Origin: Octopus bimaculoides
Taxonomy: Eukaryota
DNA: 63,761 bases
Reading direction: 5' to 3'
Assembly: GCF_001194135.2 (NCBI RefSeq)
Contig: NC_068981.1
Location: 142,121,376 to 142,185,136, forward strand
The notes under the pieces were generated by a model. The model did not search any database. It was given only the letters and a program-made list of their open reading frames with translations, and was not told where the DNA came from. Both the position numbers and the translations under genes were made by a program. Shown here piece after piece: positions 25,274-38,500 of this stretch (positions are counted from its first letter, which is position 1; each line of letters starts with the position of its first letter).

Positions 25274-26632
25274 GTATGTATGTGTGTGTATGTATGTATA
25301 TATATATANNNNNNNNNNNNNNNNNNNNNNNNNNNNNNNNNNNNNNNNNNNNNNNNNNNNNNNNNNNNNNNNNNNNNNNNNNNNNNNNNNNNNNNNNNNN
25401 NNNNNNNNNNNNNNNNNNNNNNNNNNNNNNNNNNNNNNNNNNNNNNNNNNNNNNNNNNNNNNNNNNNNNNNNNNNNNNNNNNNNNNNNNNNNNNNNNNNN
25501 NNNNNNNNNNNNNNNNNNNNNNNNNNNNNNNNNNNNNNNNNNNNNNNNNNNNNNNNNNNNNNNNNNNNNNNNNNNNNNNNNNNNNATATATATATATATA
25601 TATACATACGTAAGTATATGTATGCATGTGTGCTTTATTTGATCTAAAACCTAGCATGTCTCACATTGTAACAAGGGCTGTAAATCAACATCCATCCCAT
25701 AATATGTGTATATGTAGAAGTGTATGTGTACCTATAAGTATATATACTTGTATTAACATGTGTATGCATAGAAATTACATCTGCAATTTTCAATACGAAA
25801 TCTGTCATTTTCCATGAATATATTTTATGTATGATACTAGTGAAAATTGAGTAATTTTCTGTATTTAGGTTTCCTTCCTTCCTTTCATTCTTTCTTCCTC
25901 TCTTTAATTCTGTCTCTCTTCTCTTTGCTACCAGCCCCGCTCTGTCTTCATCCATTTCTCTCATCAAATTTGTATCATGTGTAAGTTTGTATTCATGGTT
26001 GTTGTGCGTACGTCTGAGTCTTCTATCTGGAATATATTAACCAACTTTTCGTCGATTACGCAGCGAGGAAGAGTATGGCCGTTTACACTTGAAGTGTACG
26101 TGTATTCTATTAACTACCATACTGGTCTCAAACATGCATAGATATAGCGAAGTAGTGTATTACCTAACTAAGAGTACCACTTTCACGTACGAATGGAAGG
26201 TTATTGTGATTAAATGTGTAGAGACCATGAAGGAAGGATGCAATGATTTCATAATAATCAACAGATGTTATATATATATATATATANNNNNNNNNNNNNN
26301 NNNNNNNNNNNNNNNNNNNNNNNNNNNNNNNNNNNNNNNNNNNNNNNNNNNNNNNNNNNNNNNNNNNNNNNNNNNNNNNNNNNNNNNNNNNNNNNNNNNN
26401 NNNNNNNNNNNNNNNNNNNNNNNNNNNNNNNNNNNNNNNNNNNNNNNNNNNNNNNNNNNNNNNNNNNNNNNNNNNNNNNNNNNNNNNNNNNNNNNNNNNN
26501 NNNNNNNNNNNNNNNNNNNNNNNNNNNNNNNNNNNNNNNNNNNNNNNNNNNNNNNNNNNNNNNNNNNNNNNNNNNNNNNNNNNNNNNNNNNNNNNNNNNN
26601 NNNNNNNNNNNNNNNNNNNNNNNNNNNNNNNN

Positions 26633-26687
<55 letters not shown>

Positions 26688-26689
26688 TA

Positions 26690-26812
26690 TACGCACGATT
26701 ATGTGTGCGCCTGGACGTTTGAGTGTATATAGATATATATATTTATGCAAGTTTTAAGTTGTATGATTGCATGTGTTATTCGTATGCGTAACAATATATA
26801 TAATATATAACG

Positions 26813-26847
<35 letters not shown>

Positions 26848-27617
26848 GTGTATATATTTGTGTTTTAATACATGCATGTATATATTCTAATATATGTATA
26901 GGTATATTCGTATTCTAATATATAGATATATATATTTGTATTTTAATGCACACATAAACACACACATATTATACACTCAGAAACTCATATATCAGGTTCA
27001 CATACATGTCCGCAAATACAAATAGAATATAACCATCTGCTAGACTTGTATGTATGACGTATTTAATCAATTACAAACTACCCAAAAGAAAAGATTTATT
27101 TGGCTAGTAATGGCCAGGAAACAAAAATAAATGTATCTCCTTCACTCTCTTTCCTCCACTCTCTGTCTCACTCACTATTTCATTGCACACACACACACAA
27201 ACATACGCGCGCACACGCACACACATATGTATATAATGTGAGTGTGTATAAATTCTGTCTCCATATGCCATTCTCAGTCTCATTATTTCTACTTCATGAC
27301 CAGTAGAGCCAGACACATTTCTTCTTTCGAAGTCAGCGAACTTCATGTCAACATTGATCGACCAATTTTTCATTCATTCTCAGAAAATGTGCCATACGTA
27401 TAAATTGTGGTACATAGGTATGTAGGAATGAATGTATTCCGTGCGGGTATATATGTATGTACGTGCATACGTATCTGTATCTGTATATATATATATATAC
27501 ACACACTTACATACGCACGACTATGTGTGCGCCTGGACGTTTAAGTATATAATATATATATACATATATACATGCAAGTTTTAGGTTGTATGATTGCTTG
27601 GATTATTCGTGTGCGTA
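26690..27617 (+). repeat. ~100-bp direct repeat pair (26690-26790 and 27512-27617)
   Basis: TACGCACGA(T/C)TATGTGTGCGCCTGGACGTTT...TGCAAGTTTTA(A/G)GTTGTATGATTGC is shared by both copies. Confidence 0.9.
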
Positions 27618-28049
27618 TATGTACAGATTTGTATGTGTATACGTAACTTTGAGAAATAAGTGTGTATGCGCGCATATAACCTATCTGTATATATTTGTTC
27701 CAAGTTGTGGGCTACAGATTTGCTGAAATCTTGGTACGGATGCACACCTATTGAAGGAAGATCAGATATGCTATGCAACTTTTAAGCTCTATATTTGCTT
27801 TGTAATAGTTTTCTATTGTTTTTTTCTTTACTTTTTTTTTTGTTTGTTTGTTTGTCTATAGCATATCTTGAGAGATATTCTATAATGTGTAGGTGAAACC
27901 ATTCTGAAGCAATCAACATTCTTGAAGCAACTAACTGAAGATTAACAGTATGTTTCCCAAGGAATTTATCTGAAATACTGAATTTACGAAATTGCATTTA
28001 TCTTGTGTTTCTGTCCGTGTGGCTACGACGAACGCTCTGCAGCTGCTAA

Positions 28050-28160
28050 AGATTTGATTTAGTCTGACAGCATAACACTTTGGGCGAGTTACTTCTATTG
28101 CTCCAGGTAGGAGGCCAATGCTTTATGAACGAATTTGGTAGACACAAACTGAACGGATAA
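28050..28160 (+). mobile_element. Old SINE family B fragment
   Basis: TTGGGCGAGTTACTTCTATTGCTCCAGG...GAATTTGGTAGACACAAACTGAA resembles the family B body. Confidence 0.55.
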
Positions 28161-28216
28161 TTGTGTGTGTGTGTGTGTGTGAATGTGTGTGTGTGTTTGT
28201 GTGTGTGTGTGTGAGT

Positions 28217-28262
<46 letters not shown>

Positions 28263-28336
28263 ACAATCGTGCCATTTCACCGCTTGGAAACCGTTCTGCA
28301 AAAGATGGATAGATGTAATAAGTACACACACACACA

Positions 28337-28378
<42 letters not shown>

Positions 28379-28788
28379 ATATTATTATGTGTGTGTGTGT
28401 GTGTGTGTTTTCTTGTAGGAAGGTATGTGTATATGACGGGTAGAAATGCAGGATTCATTGAACTTCAGAGACCACATTTTGTAGTATTAGGATCTGAGTT
28501 CAAATCCCACCCACATACACTGTATGTTTCATAATTTCAATGTCACTTATTACGCAAACACGTGTACCTGAAATTATATTAATAATAAAATCGTTGGCAG
28601 AATAATCAACTTTTTGTGCTAGCATACAATGTGTGTGGTGGTGGTGGGGTTCTTACTGTTGATGTGGCAACAGGAATGCTCATCGTTGAAACAGGCTCAA
28701 AACCATTTAATGTTTTAAATGTATTAGACACGATATTTTGGCAGTACGTTTGAATTGATGCACGCACGAGTGCATACATACCACTGTA

Positions 28789-28825
<37 letters not shown>

Positions 28826-29029
28826 TTGCGTGTAACTATCTATGATTAAGTTAATGTGTTTTCATATTTTGTCGTGCATACATGTAAAAGTTAGTTAAAA
28901 TATTTGTCATAAATATACTGAACATCCACACGTACGCACATACACACACATGTACTCACGCACGTACACACACACACGCACACCCATTTATATTTATACA
29001 CACACTATTCGAATCAATTTTCTAAGCTG

Positions 29030-30130
29030 GTGGTCTTCTTTACCCGAGCAAAACGCATTTTCTCTGTGCTTTCGCTCATTTCTTACAAATCATTCTTGTC
29101 TCCCTCTTCTATTCCCCTCAATACCCCCATCTCACACGCCTCACATTTCTATCTACCTTTCTTTCTCTGTCTTTCTTTTTCGCTATTCTTCTTTCTCTTT
29201 TGTATATTTTTTACACCTTCTGCTTTACCACTCTATCTTTGTCTTCACCCCAGATATCTACCTACCAATGTATAGCGCGTATGCTTGCTCAATAAATCAG
29301 TACGTACCTAAGTAAAAGAATATGTCAGCTTGTCACAACTCTCTCTTTCTCTCCCTCATTTCGTCTCGGAGTGTTTTACACGTGCTAACAGCAACAAACT
29401 GTGAATGAAACAAATAACCAGATGGAACATATACTAATCTAATAAGGCAGTACAAAACACATACATAAGAGGTCGCGCCTTTAACATGGCTACCCCTCTA
29501 CATACAATCACACGTGTGTGATATATATCCGCACAACACACGAATTGTTCTCATCATTTTGTCTGCCTTTAAACTCACTGCGAAGCTGTTATATCTTTAT
29601 TACATACCATCATCACCCCCGTCCCGTTCATTCTTTACGGAATCAAATGAACTTGACTGAGAAGAGGTTTTGGAGAATTTTGAAGATCTTTTTATTATCT
29701 CCATACTCTCCTGTTTGTTTGTTTGTCATCCCCCCTCTCTCTTTCCGTCCATATTTGTAGAATACTTTGTATTATTTGTCTGCCTGTCTACCTCTCCCTC
29801 TCTCAATAGATATTTCGCTTACTCATTCTCTTACTTTCTGCTCCCCTTCTCTCCCTTCATATTTAGAAACTTTAGCTCTCCTTTCTCTGTCTTTCTCTGC
29901 CACTCCTACATTTCTTTGATTTACTTTTTCTTTCATATTTCTTGAATCTTTAATTGTATTTCTTACTTTGTCTCTCTCCTCTATCAGTCTCTTAAACCTT
30001 AGATCCCTTAACTCTCTCTCTTCTTTATCTGTCTCTCTATCCATGCTTTTCACCTCATATCCTTATCTCCCTCCTTAATTTCTAATTATTTAGCTGGGTT
30101 TCTCAAGATGTTCGTCTCTCCCTTCATCCA
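29030..30130. repeat. Degenerate polypyrimidine (CT-rich) tract
   Basis: Strong C/T bias on the plus strand. A similar tract lies at 52150-52460. Confidence 0.8.
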
Positions 30131-31092
30131 GTTCTCTTAATTTTTTCCAGTATTTACACATACCACAGAGCGAAATAGATTGTTTTTCCATTAGGTGATG
30201 TGGATGTAATAAACATACATACTTGCATGCATACATACATACATACATACATGCATACATACATACATACATACATACAGTCTAGTATGTATGCTAATGT
30301 CCAGACACAAATAGGTAATGCATGTATTTACACATGCGCATATACTTGCATGCATGCATGATTATTTTATCTTGATAGTTGATAGCCTTCTTATTAACCA
30401 GTATTCAGTCAAACTGCTTGATGCTGTACGTTGATGTTGTACGAGGAGAATTTTAAAACCAGCTGCTTATTTACAAATTGCACATCAAGCGCCACTAACA
30501 GATCTCATTTACTGTGTAGGATTAGTTGCATGTCTCCGTAGAATGATATATATGTGTGTTTGAGTGTCCCCGCAGTCTAGCGTTGCATTAACTCCCTTTG
30601 TTACGTACACTATACGTTAAGACTGATAAGAGGTTATCGCCCGTGGATAATTTCTGTGCTTGAGGTTCCATTGGAAATTATATAACCTGCTTTCGAAAGA
30701 AACACATATTTATAGGAATTTCTCTTCCAAATTTTAGGATAACAAACATGTGAAGACTGGTTTCATTTACGTAAGGCGCGTTTCATTTGTCCTCTCATAA
30801 GTGGTGCATATTTTCATAATGCAAAGGTCCCTAATTCACCACCAGCATTTTTCTGCCGGTTTCGTTTATCCTTCTGTTTTTAAGTTGCATTTTAAGCAGT
30901 TTTGTGTCCAATTCGGGCTTACGTGACACTTTCCAAATTTCACTTATCTGCCTGAGGAATCCTTCAAGTTTAGAAAATCATGGTTTCGCGACGGTAACAC
31001 CGTTCTCTGGGGTTTGATAAAGAGTAAATTATAATCCAAATAGTAAGAAAACAAACAAAGTGTTAAATGATTTCTTAGCCTTCTTTTTATTT

Positions 31093-31920
31093 GGCGTGAT
31101 CAATAAGTATCCAGCCTGCTGCTATACTAATGAGGCTAAAGCAGAGATTGACCTTGACTTCTGCTATGCATGTACACTAGGTTTTAACGTTCTAGCTCAC
31201 TTCCCCTGCTTACAGCCGTGCTTGGAAGTGACGTATGTGGCGTGTGTCCATCACATTGACAATGACAGAGAAAGTTGAGCAGAGCTCAAAAGCTTGGCAA
31301 TACCTGCTTAGAGGCCTGTGCAGAGTTTTCAAAAAGGTTTTCATCATTCTCGGCACAATGAAAGAAATTTTGTGCAAGTGAAACCTGAGTGTCTTTTTGG
31401 TCAGTTTGAAAGCAGTTTTGGCACAAACGTGGCAGACACGCGTCTCATACACATATCAAATCTTCAGTGATAACGGACTGAACTGAACCCGATCTAATCT
31501 GCACATCCTCTGATAACTCACGGATGGTGATTCGACGATTTTCTCTCATAGCTGCACGTACATATGCGATGTTTTTTCTCAGTTCTGCCAGGACGTTCGT
31601 CACTATCGAGATTTTTCCCGCCATCTTGGAAATGTCTGAACCACTTGTGTGTAGCTCACACACTCCTCTTCATACACTTTCTCCAACTTTGCGTAGGCAT
31701 CTGAGCATGTATCGCCATGACAACCATCTTTGACTTGCTCGATGCGACGATCACACTTTACAGATGTTACTTCGAAGCACTGCTGTAAACAATGCACGTG
31801 AGCTAGAACGTTAACACTTAGGGCACATGCACAGCAGATGTCAAGGTCTATCTGTGCCAAGCGGTTTCACGCTACGTTCTTTAGCTTCATTACTATGTCC
31901 GGATACTTATTGATCATACC
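31093..31920 (-). mobile_element. Mariner deletion derivative with long inverted arms and a pseudogenised N-terminal transposase
   Basis: TIR GG(C/T)(G/A)TGATCAATAAGTATCC at both ends. HTH motifs ENRRITIRELSEDVQI and MRRVSATFVPKLL. Catalytic domain absent. Confidence 0.9.
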
Positions 31921-33875
31921 TTATGTATATATATGTATATATATATATATATTGTTGTATTTTAGGACAGTCATTTTTTTTTCTTTGCCAAATAAACATA
32001 AGCACTATTTATGCGTTCTTCACTCATTTATTACTGTTCTTATTCTAACTCATGTCCACTGTCCGGAAATCTTTTGTCACACATCTGCGACCTCTTCAGT
32101 GTCACTTTCCGTTTTCGTGTGTGCTCTTGCTATGCTTATGATATTCTGTTTTTCTCTGATGTGTATCGTTATATGCGCATGCGTCTGTGTTTGCTGTTGT
32201 CGTTGTTAGTCGTGTTGTTGATATCGTTGCGGCCGTTAGTGAAGTTACCGTATGTGTGTTTATGTGTGCACATGGGTTCTCGTCCTATGTTGTTTGTATC
32301 CGTGCCTTTTATACAGTTCTTTTATGTCTCTAATCCTTTCTTTTTTTAATGTTTAACATAGATAGAATATAACTATAAATATAACAAAAGAAAACAAAAC
32401 CACAAAAATGAACACATGGTCTCCTAAATGCAGGAGTCCGACGTATATCTTGTAATATATTAAAGAGGAAATTGACCGTGTTCAGGCATGCAGTAGCATG
32501 TGCTGTTATGTACAAACTGAAACAGGCATACCAAGGTTTAAGAATATTCTTCTTATCGTTAATGAGTTTTAATACAACAATATATGGTAAATTAATGAAC
32601 AAGATTTAATGTGTTGTCGTGTACAAAATGTAATGCATGAATAATATACACATTGGTGTAGATAAATACGTAATCAGATTAAGAAATAGAACGGTGACTA
32701 TTCTTACCTGTTTTCTGTTTGTGGTGGCTGAAATTTTATTTCACTAAAATCGTTAATGACTTAAACATGAGCATGAATATCACACAAACTCATTCTCTTA
32801 CTCGATCTCTCGTCTTCTCTATCTCTCAACACTGTCAAGCATACTTTTGCAGATGAACATACACGCACACATACAGCGACATAGAATGAAAGATTATATT
32901 TATTCGCAGCTGAATTTGATCGAGTCGCTACTATACATTTCCGCTTCCGTTTCCTCGGGTGATGATTGGTTATATTTAGAGCTGAGATTTCTCAGTCATA
33001 AAACTGGACAAGATATACGCATTGCTCACATGTAAAACACCAATACCGATTTTGAAGCGAAGTTAATATAAATTTTTCTTGAATTTATCATTGGGTAACT
33101 ATCTGTATTGAGATATTTTCGACACACGCAATTAATCACACAAACTACTTGCACTTTGATATTTACGAGAAAATGCAATGTTTCCAATAACACTGTAACA
33201 TAAGCATATACCCACACACTAACAATAATGACACACATACACACACACAACTACCGTAAAACTCACCCTTCAAAATTCAGGAAAAGAACTAAGAACTCCC
33301 ATTTGTACATATTCCAAAATTGATAGCACTACATACACATTCACAGATTCATCACTGCAAACACTGCTTTTAAGCCAATGATCAGCGCGTGCACACACGC
33401 ACACAACAAGCACGTTGAGACACAGCATACACCCTCGCATTCATGCATATAACTTTTTAGCAACATGCAAATTATAGACAATACTGTAACATACATAACG
33501 AAAATTACGAAGCATACATTCACCCGTTCCCCTATGATACTTTTACGCAATAATCTTTATAATAGAATTAATGCACACACAGATACACACATCCGTACGC
33601 TTCGTAACAAAACATTTATAAACAATAATAATAGTCCATTCATTCTAGGTTCACAATATATTCACAAGCGCTGAAAGTGCTACACTCACACACGTCTTAA
33701 TAGCACACGGGAATGCATACATACGCTTATACATACTCATGTACATTGACTCAATGTGATTTCCATGTTTCCTCGGAATACATGAAACCCTTTCAATTTG
33801 CTTTACTTTCAGTCGGTCTATCGGAACTAATTTTCAACATTCATTACTCGATATAGTCTACCAAACTTTAACTTT

Positions 33876-33903
33876 CTGATGAAGAGATTAAAATCAAAAC
33901 GTC
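33876..33903 (+). ncRNA. Degenerate hammerhead-like core
   Basis: CTGATGA-AGA-GAT-TAAA-ATC-AAAA-CG-TC. G12 is replaced by A. Confidence 0.35.
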
Positions 33904-35237
33904 GCATACTTTCTAGTTTATTTTCTCTCGTCCATTTTGAAACTAATACTCACACTTTGTTTCCACTTTGTTTTTCTCGTTATATTCTTTCTTACCTTAG
34001 CACACACATAGACATATATATTTAAATGTGCAAATATTCGCGTATGAACGTTATGCAACAAAACATTTCAAGCATTAAGTAAAAGTAAGAAAAATGCACT
34101 GTACGTATGTAAAATGTATAAAATATACCTTTACATAGCAAAAGTTGAAAATTTCATCTATAGCTAAACTACATTGTGGTATCTCAGTTATTTGTTTTTA
34201 CGCTCTAAATCTAAATCCTGTTCAGGTGTCTTGCAGATTACGTACATCTGGGATCCATAAAAGTACGTACCAATCACGTACTAGAGTAATGTCATTGACT
34301 TTACACTTCCTCAAAACGTGGGGCTTTGTGTATATATTAGAAATCATTACATTTGAGTGTGTTGTCCTGAGTGTACGAAGTTTTATTAGCGGGGAAAACC
34401 AACAACAAGTGATAATTACTCTTTTACCCATTTTTATTTCAGTAATCAAATTGAGGCTATGTTAGGACATAACATCGGTTCTTCTTCTTATTTGGAAGTC
34501 TGGTATTGATTTTACCGGTTTCTAATTATTGCACCACTACATTATAGAACACAAACGCCGCAGTATCAAACTCAGAGACAGAAACTGAAGTCATAAAACC
34601 ACACACATGAGCATACATATCAAATGGTTTCCATTTTCTTTTGTGTCAGTTTCGTTCGAACTGCATTACTTGACACGTGAGCATCTTTAGGGATTTTGGT
34701 GTAATCTAATGCAAATATTCAGGTAAGAGCTTTCATGCGATGATGTCATCTTAATTTCTTTTAAATCTACCCAATGTTAAGGGAGAAGACACTAGCTTAT
34801 GGTACCTTCTATCCAAATTAATCAACACATGCTACACCTCCATTTTCTGACTCAAAAATTTTGACTGTACGTGTACTATTATTGGCCTAACTACTTATTT
34901 TCTAAAAAAAATTATGAAGAAAATAGGGATTTCACACACGAATTCATCGATCCATGAAGCGTGAAACGAAAAATTTTACTCTTAATAAAATGAAAAAAAC
35001 AAAGAAACAAAAATTGTGCAAGTAAGCAATGAATCATGTTAAGATCGCTCACACGCGCGTGTGTATTTTAGGGTAATACCTGAGCTAAAATATCTTGCTT
35101 CACATATACGAGTCGATTGATTTTCGCCTCTGGCACAACTCTACTTAAATTTATGTGTGTTCATCTTCATGCATTTACTCTGAAACCGGGAATTTTCATG
35201 AACAGAGAGAGATAGATAGATAGATAGATAGATTTGT

Positions 35238-35360
35238 TTATTGCCCACAAGGACCAATATAGAGGGAACAAACAAGGACAGATAAAAGGATTAAGATGAT
35301 TTCTTCGACACCAGTGCGTAACTGGTACTTATTTAGTCGACCCCGAAAGGATGAAAGGCA
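35238..35360 (-). mobile_element. SINE family A 3' half, cut by a gap
   Basis: TGCCTTTCATCCTTTCGGGGTCGACTAAATAAGTACCAGTTACGCACTGG on the minus strand. Confidence 0.85.
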
Positions 35361-35460
35361 NNNNNNNNNNNNNNNNNNNNNNNNNNNNNNNNNNNNNNNN
35401 NNNNNNNNNNNNNNNNNNNNNNNNNNNNNNNNNNNNNNNNNNNNNNNNNNNNNNNNNNNN

Positions 35461-35502
<42 letters not shown>

Positions 35503-38500
35503 CAGAAGACTTTCTGATATCTTTTTATTATCCTCACATCGGCCTCTAAATGCGTAGTTCCTTTTGAAGTAGCTTTATTTTTGAAGGTTTTGCTTTTTGT
35601 CGACTACATCACTTATTTCAAACAGTATGATTAAAAGAACTTAATATTATTAATCATAGCAAAAAAATCTGACAGTACTGTCACACACACATACCATACA
35701 CACTTTCGTTTAGACATAATTAATTACATGTATCTATGCTTTTATGTGTGATTGTAAATGTATATGTACGTGAGTACATGTATAGTGTAGTATTATATAT
35801 ATAATGCAGTGAAAGAGAGAAAGATGAAAATAAGATTGCTTGTTATTTTAAATTAAGAGAAATAATTGAATATGTGTAATTTTATCGGGGAGAAATTAAT
35901 GAAATGAATTTGCTATTTGGTGTTGTTCAATTCTTAATCTTCAAATATGAATTTTTGATTTGAATGAAGCGTCAGCGCATGTGAACACATATGTGTATAT
36001 GTATATGTGAACATCATTATGAATAGGCATCAGTTCGTCATTGAATATACATATACGTGCGCATCGTTGTAAATTGTACCTACCTTGGTATTATATATTT
36101 ATTTTCTGGTTCTCTTAGTATTTATATAATTGTTCATCATATATTTTTAAATGTAGAAGCAGCGAACAAGGCCACTTCTTCAACTCCTTTTAATGGCGAC
36201 AATACACCACAACGTTTATGATCTTTTCGCCCAGTTACAATTTCCGTAATGTATTCAAATGTATATATTAGATGTAATGATATATGATGTTCTTTATAGA
36301 AAGAAATGATGATCTCTAAACATGCTGGAATGAAAGATGTGTTAATTAAGCTTGAAAATATATTGAAGAAACGACCCAGCATGCGTGTTTAGAAACTGAA
36401 CTTAGTGAAGGAATGTCTAAATTACATTCAGTGTGATGCATCGACGGTCGAAATATATGCTATGTTTGTCTGTTTGAATACATGTTATACAGTAACCCCT
36501 TTTTGCATGCAGCAGGAAATATATGCAGCGAATATATGGTGCATAAAATATCTACATTATAACGTATGTTTCGCTGAACATACATATATACATACATATA
36601 ATAATATTAATATTGTAAAGTACATTGATTATTGGTGAAATATACTGATTTCGGTAAATGAACTTTGATAAAAACCTAGCCTGGCAATGTGTTGAAGCAT
36701 CTGTGTAGAAGCTATTTGATAAATATTTTGTTTTGGTACACTTGTTAACTACGTGTATCTGCTTTTTTTTTTATATAGAAATTTTCTTCAATATTTCACG
36801 GCGCAGTTAAACTAATGCATGCGTGAGTGTTGTGTTTGTACGTGTATCAATACAAATTCCTGTTGGTATATTTTATGACGGAAAATGAAGAATATATAAA
36901 TGATTAATCTCGAGATCATTAGGGATCCTAAATGGCAATGAATTTTCAAATTTTATAACGTTATACAATGTTCATGAGAGTAAAGCGTGTACCTATGACA
37001 CGTAACTGTATGTTTACACATACGCATATTTATGTATATTTCTTAGCAGTCGAATTGTTACTGAGTTTGTCGTTGTAATTATCTAAATACAAGCGTATCG
37101 TATACAGAAATGTATTTTTGACGTCCCATGAGGGGTCTTCGACTTCTTGTATCTAAGGGTTTTTTTTAACTCAGTATTTGTACGGCATTACTTATAGCTT
37201 CATCTGCTTCGAGTTTTGCGGTTCTAAAACAGAATCATTGCGAATATATTCATTAAAATATCGAAATATGTCTAGTAAGCAAAATTCCATTGTTTCTACT
37301 TCCACAACAAACACGTTATAAAATATGACATACATTCATCTTATCAATCGTCAAATGTATATCACGTTATATATTTATCTATTCATTTTCAAAGCAGGCT
37401 ATATTTTCATTTTTATGCATTATATGTATATAACATTAAAAGAAAACACAAGGGACTTGGGTATTGCTAATGCAGTTTCAGCGTTGGTAACTATGCGTAG
37501 ACATTCACTCACACACACGTTTATGAATGGCTAACACCTAAATAACTGTGAGGCATGTTTTAATGGAGTACAGATCGGGATTAATATAGCATCAATATAT
37601 GACTGTTGGAGGTATCATATTATATAGCAGATAATTGCTCGCGTAGGGTTCACATTTGTTTTCTTTTAAGTACAGATATACATGGAAGAAGTGATAATGC
37701 TTCTATCTATATGTTTTTCATTAGTGGTTGGCTTTGCTGGAGACATGGACTAGACACAACTTACTCATCTGTGTTCTTTAGTTCCAGTATTTGTTGTCTT
37801 AACCTAACATAAATAGCACTTATTAAACGGACGAATAACTCCAATGGTGGGAACACCAGGCGAGTTGATGGGAGAGTTGCGTTTACTTAAGCAACAGCTC
37901 TTATATTCTGTCGACATGTAGGATTGCTATTTCAATCATTATAAACAGCAAATTTCAGTGATTTTGTTTTACATTTTTGTATCATTGAATCTTCTCTTTA
38001 ATATTTTCTAGCACTGAATTGCAAGATCAATTTTCCGACAATATTTTTGTGATGTTGTATTTACGCGTAAAGATGTAATCTCCTGCGATAGTTCACACAA
38101 AATGTGATCTTAATGTAAACCATTCCTTAGGAAGCAAAAGCCAAAGAAAATAGCTAAATACGAAATTAGTTTCGTCTATTCATTTCTATGAAAATTATGA
38201 TTGGTTATGATTTGGCTTGCGTAGAAGAAAATTCTCCCAAATGTCATTAAGTATCATGGAAAACACACCGCGAATTTTAGAGAAAGCACAAGAAAACATG
38301 ATGGGCTGTGATAAACATGAAATTAAGATGGTTGTATTATTGTATGAGAACTGTATTTGTATTGAATTTACATTCTCATTGGCGAGATATGATCGGAATG
38401 TTGAGAAAAATAAAATATGTCGACGGATTGTATTTAAACCAATTTCGAAATATTTCTGACTGTGAACTCTTTGTATGGGAAAGTGATGGCATCAAATGAA

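Noticed and set aside
30588-31020. Possible piggyBac-like remnant starting TTAACTCCCTTT
   Set aside because: No matching second TIR or TTAA TSD could be found.
38217-38499. Overlapping 63-80 aa ORFs; likewise 55437-55727 and 61062-61355
   Set aside because: No recognisable domain or convincing splice signals; these lengths are expected by chance.
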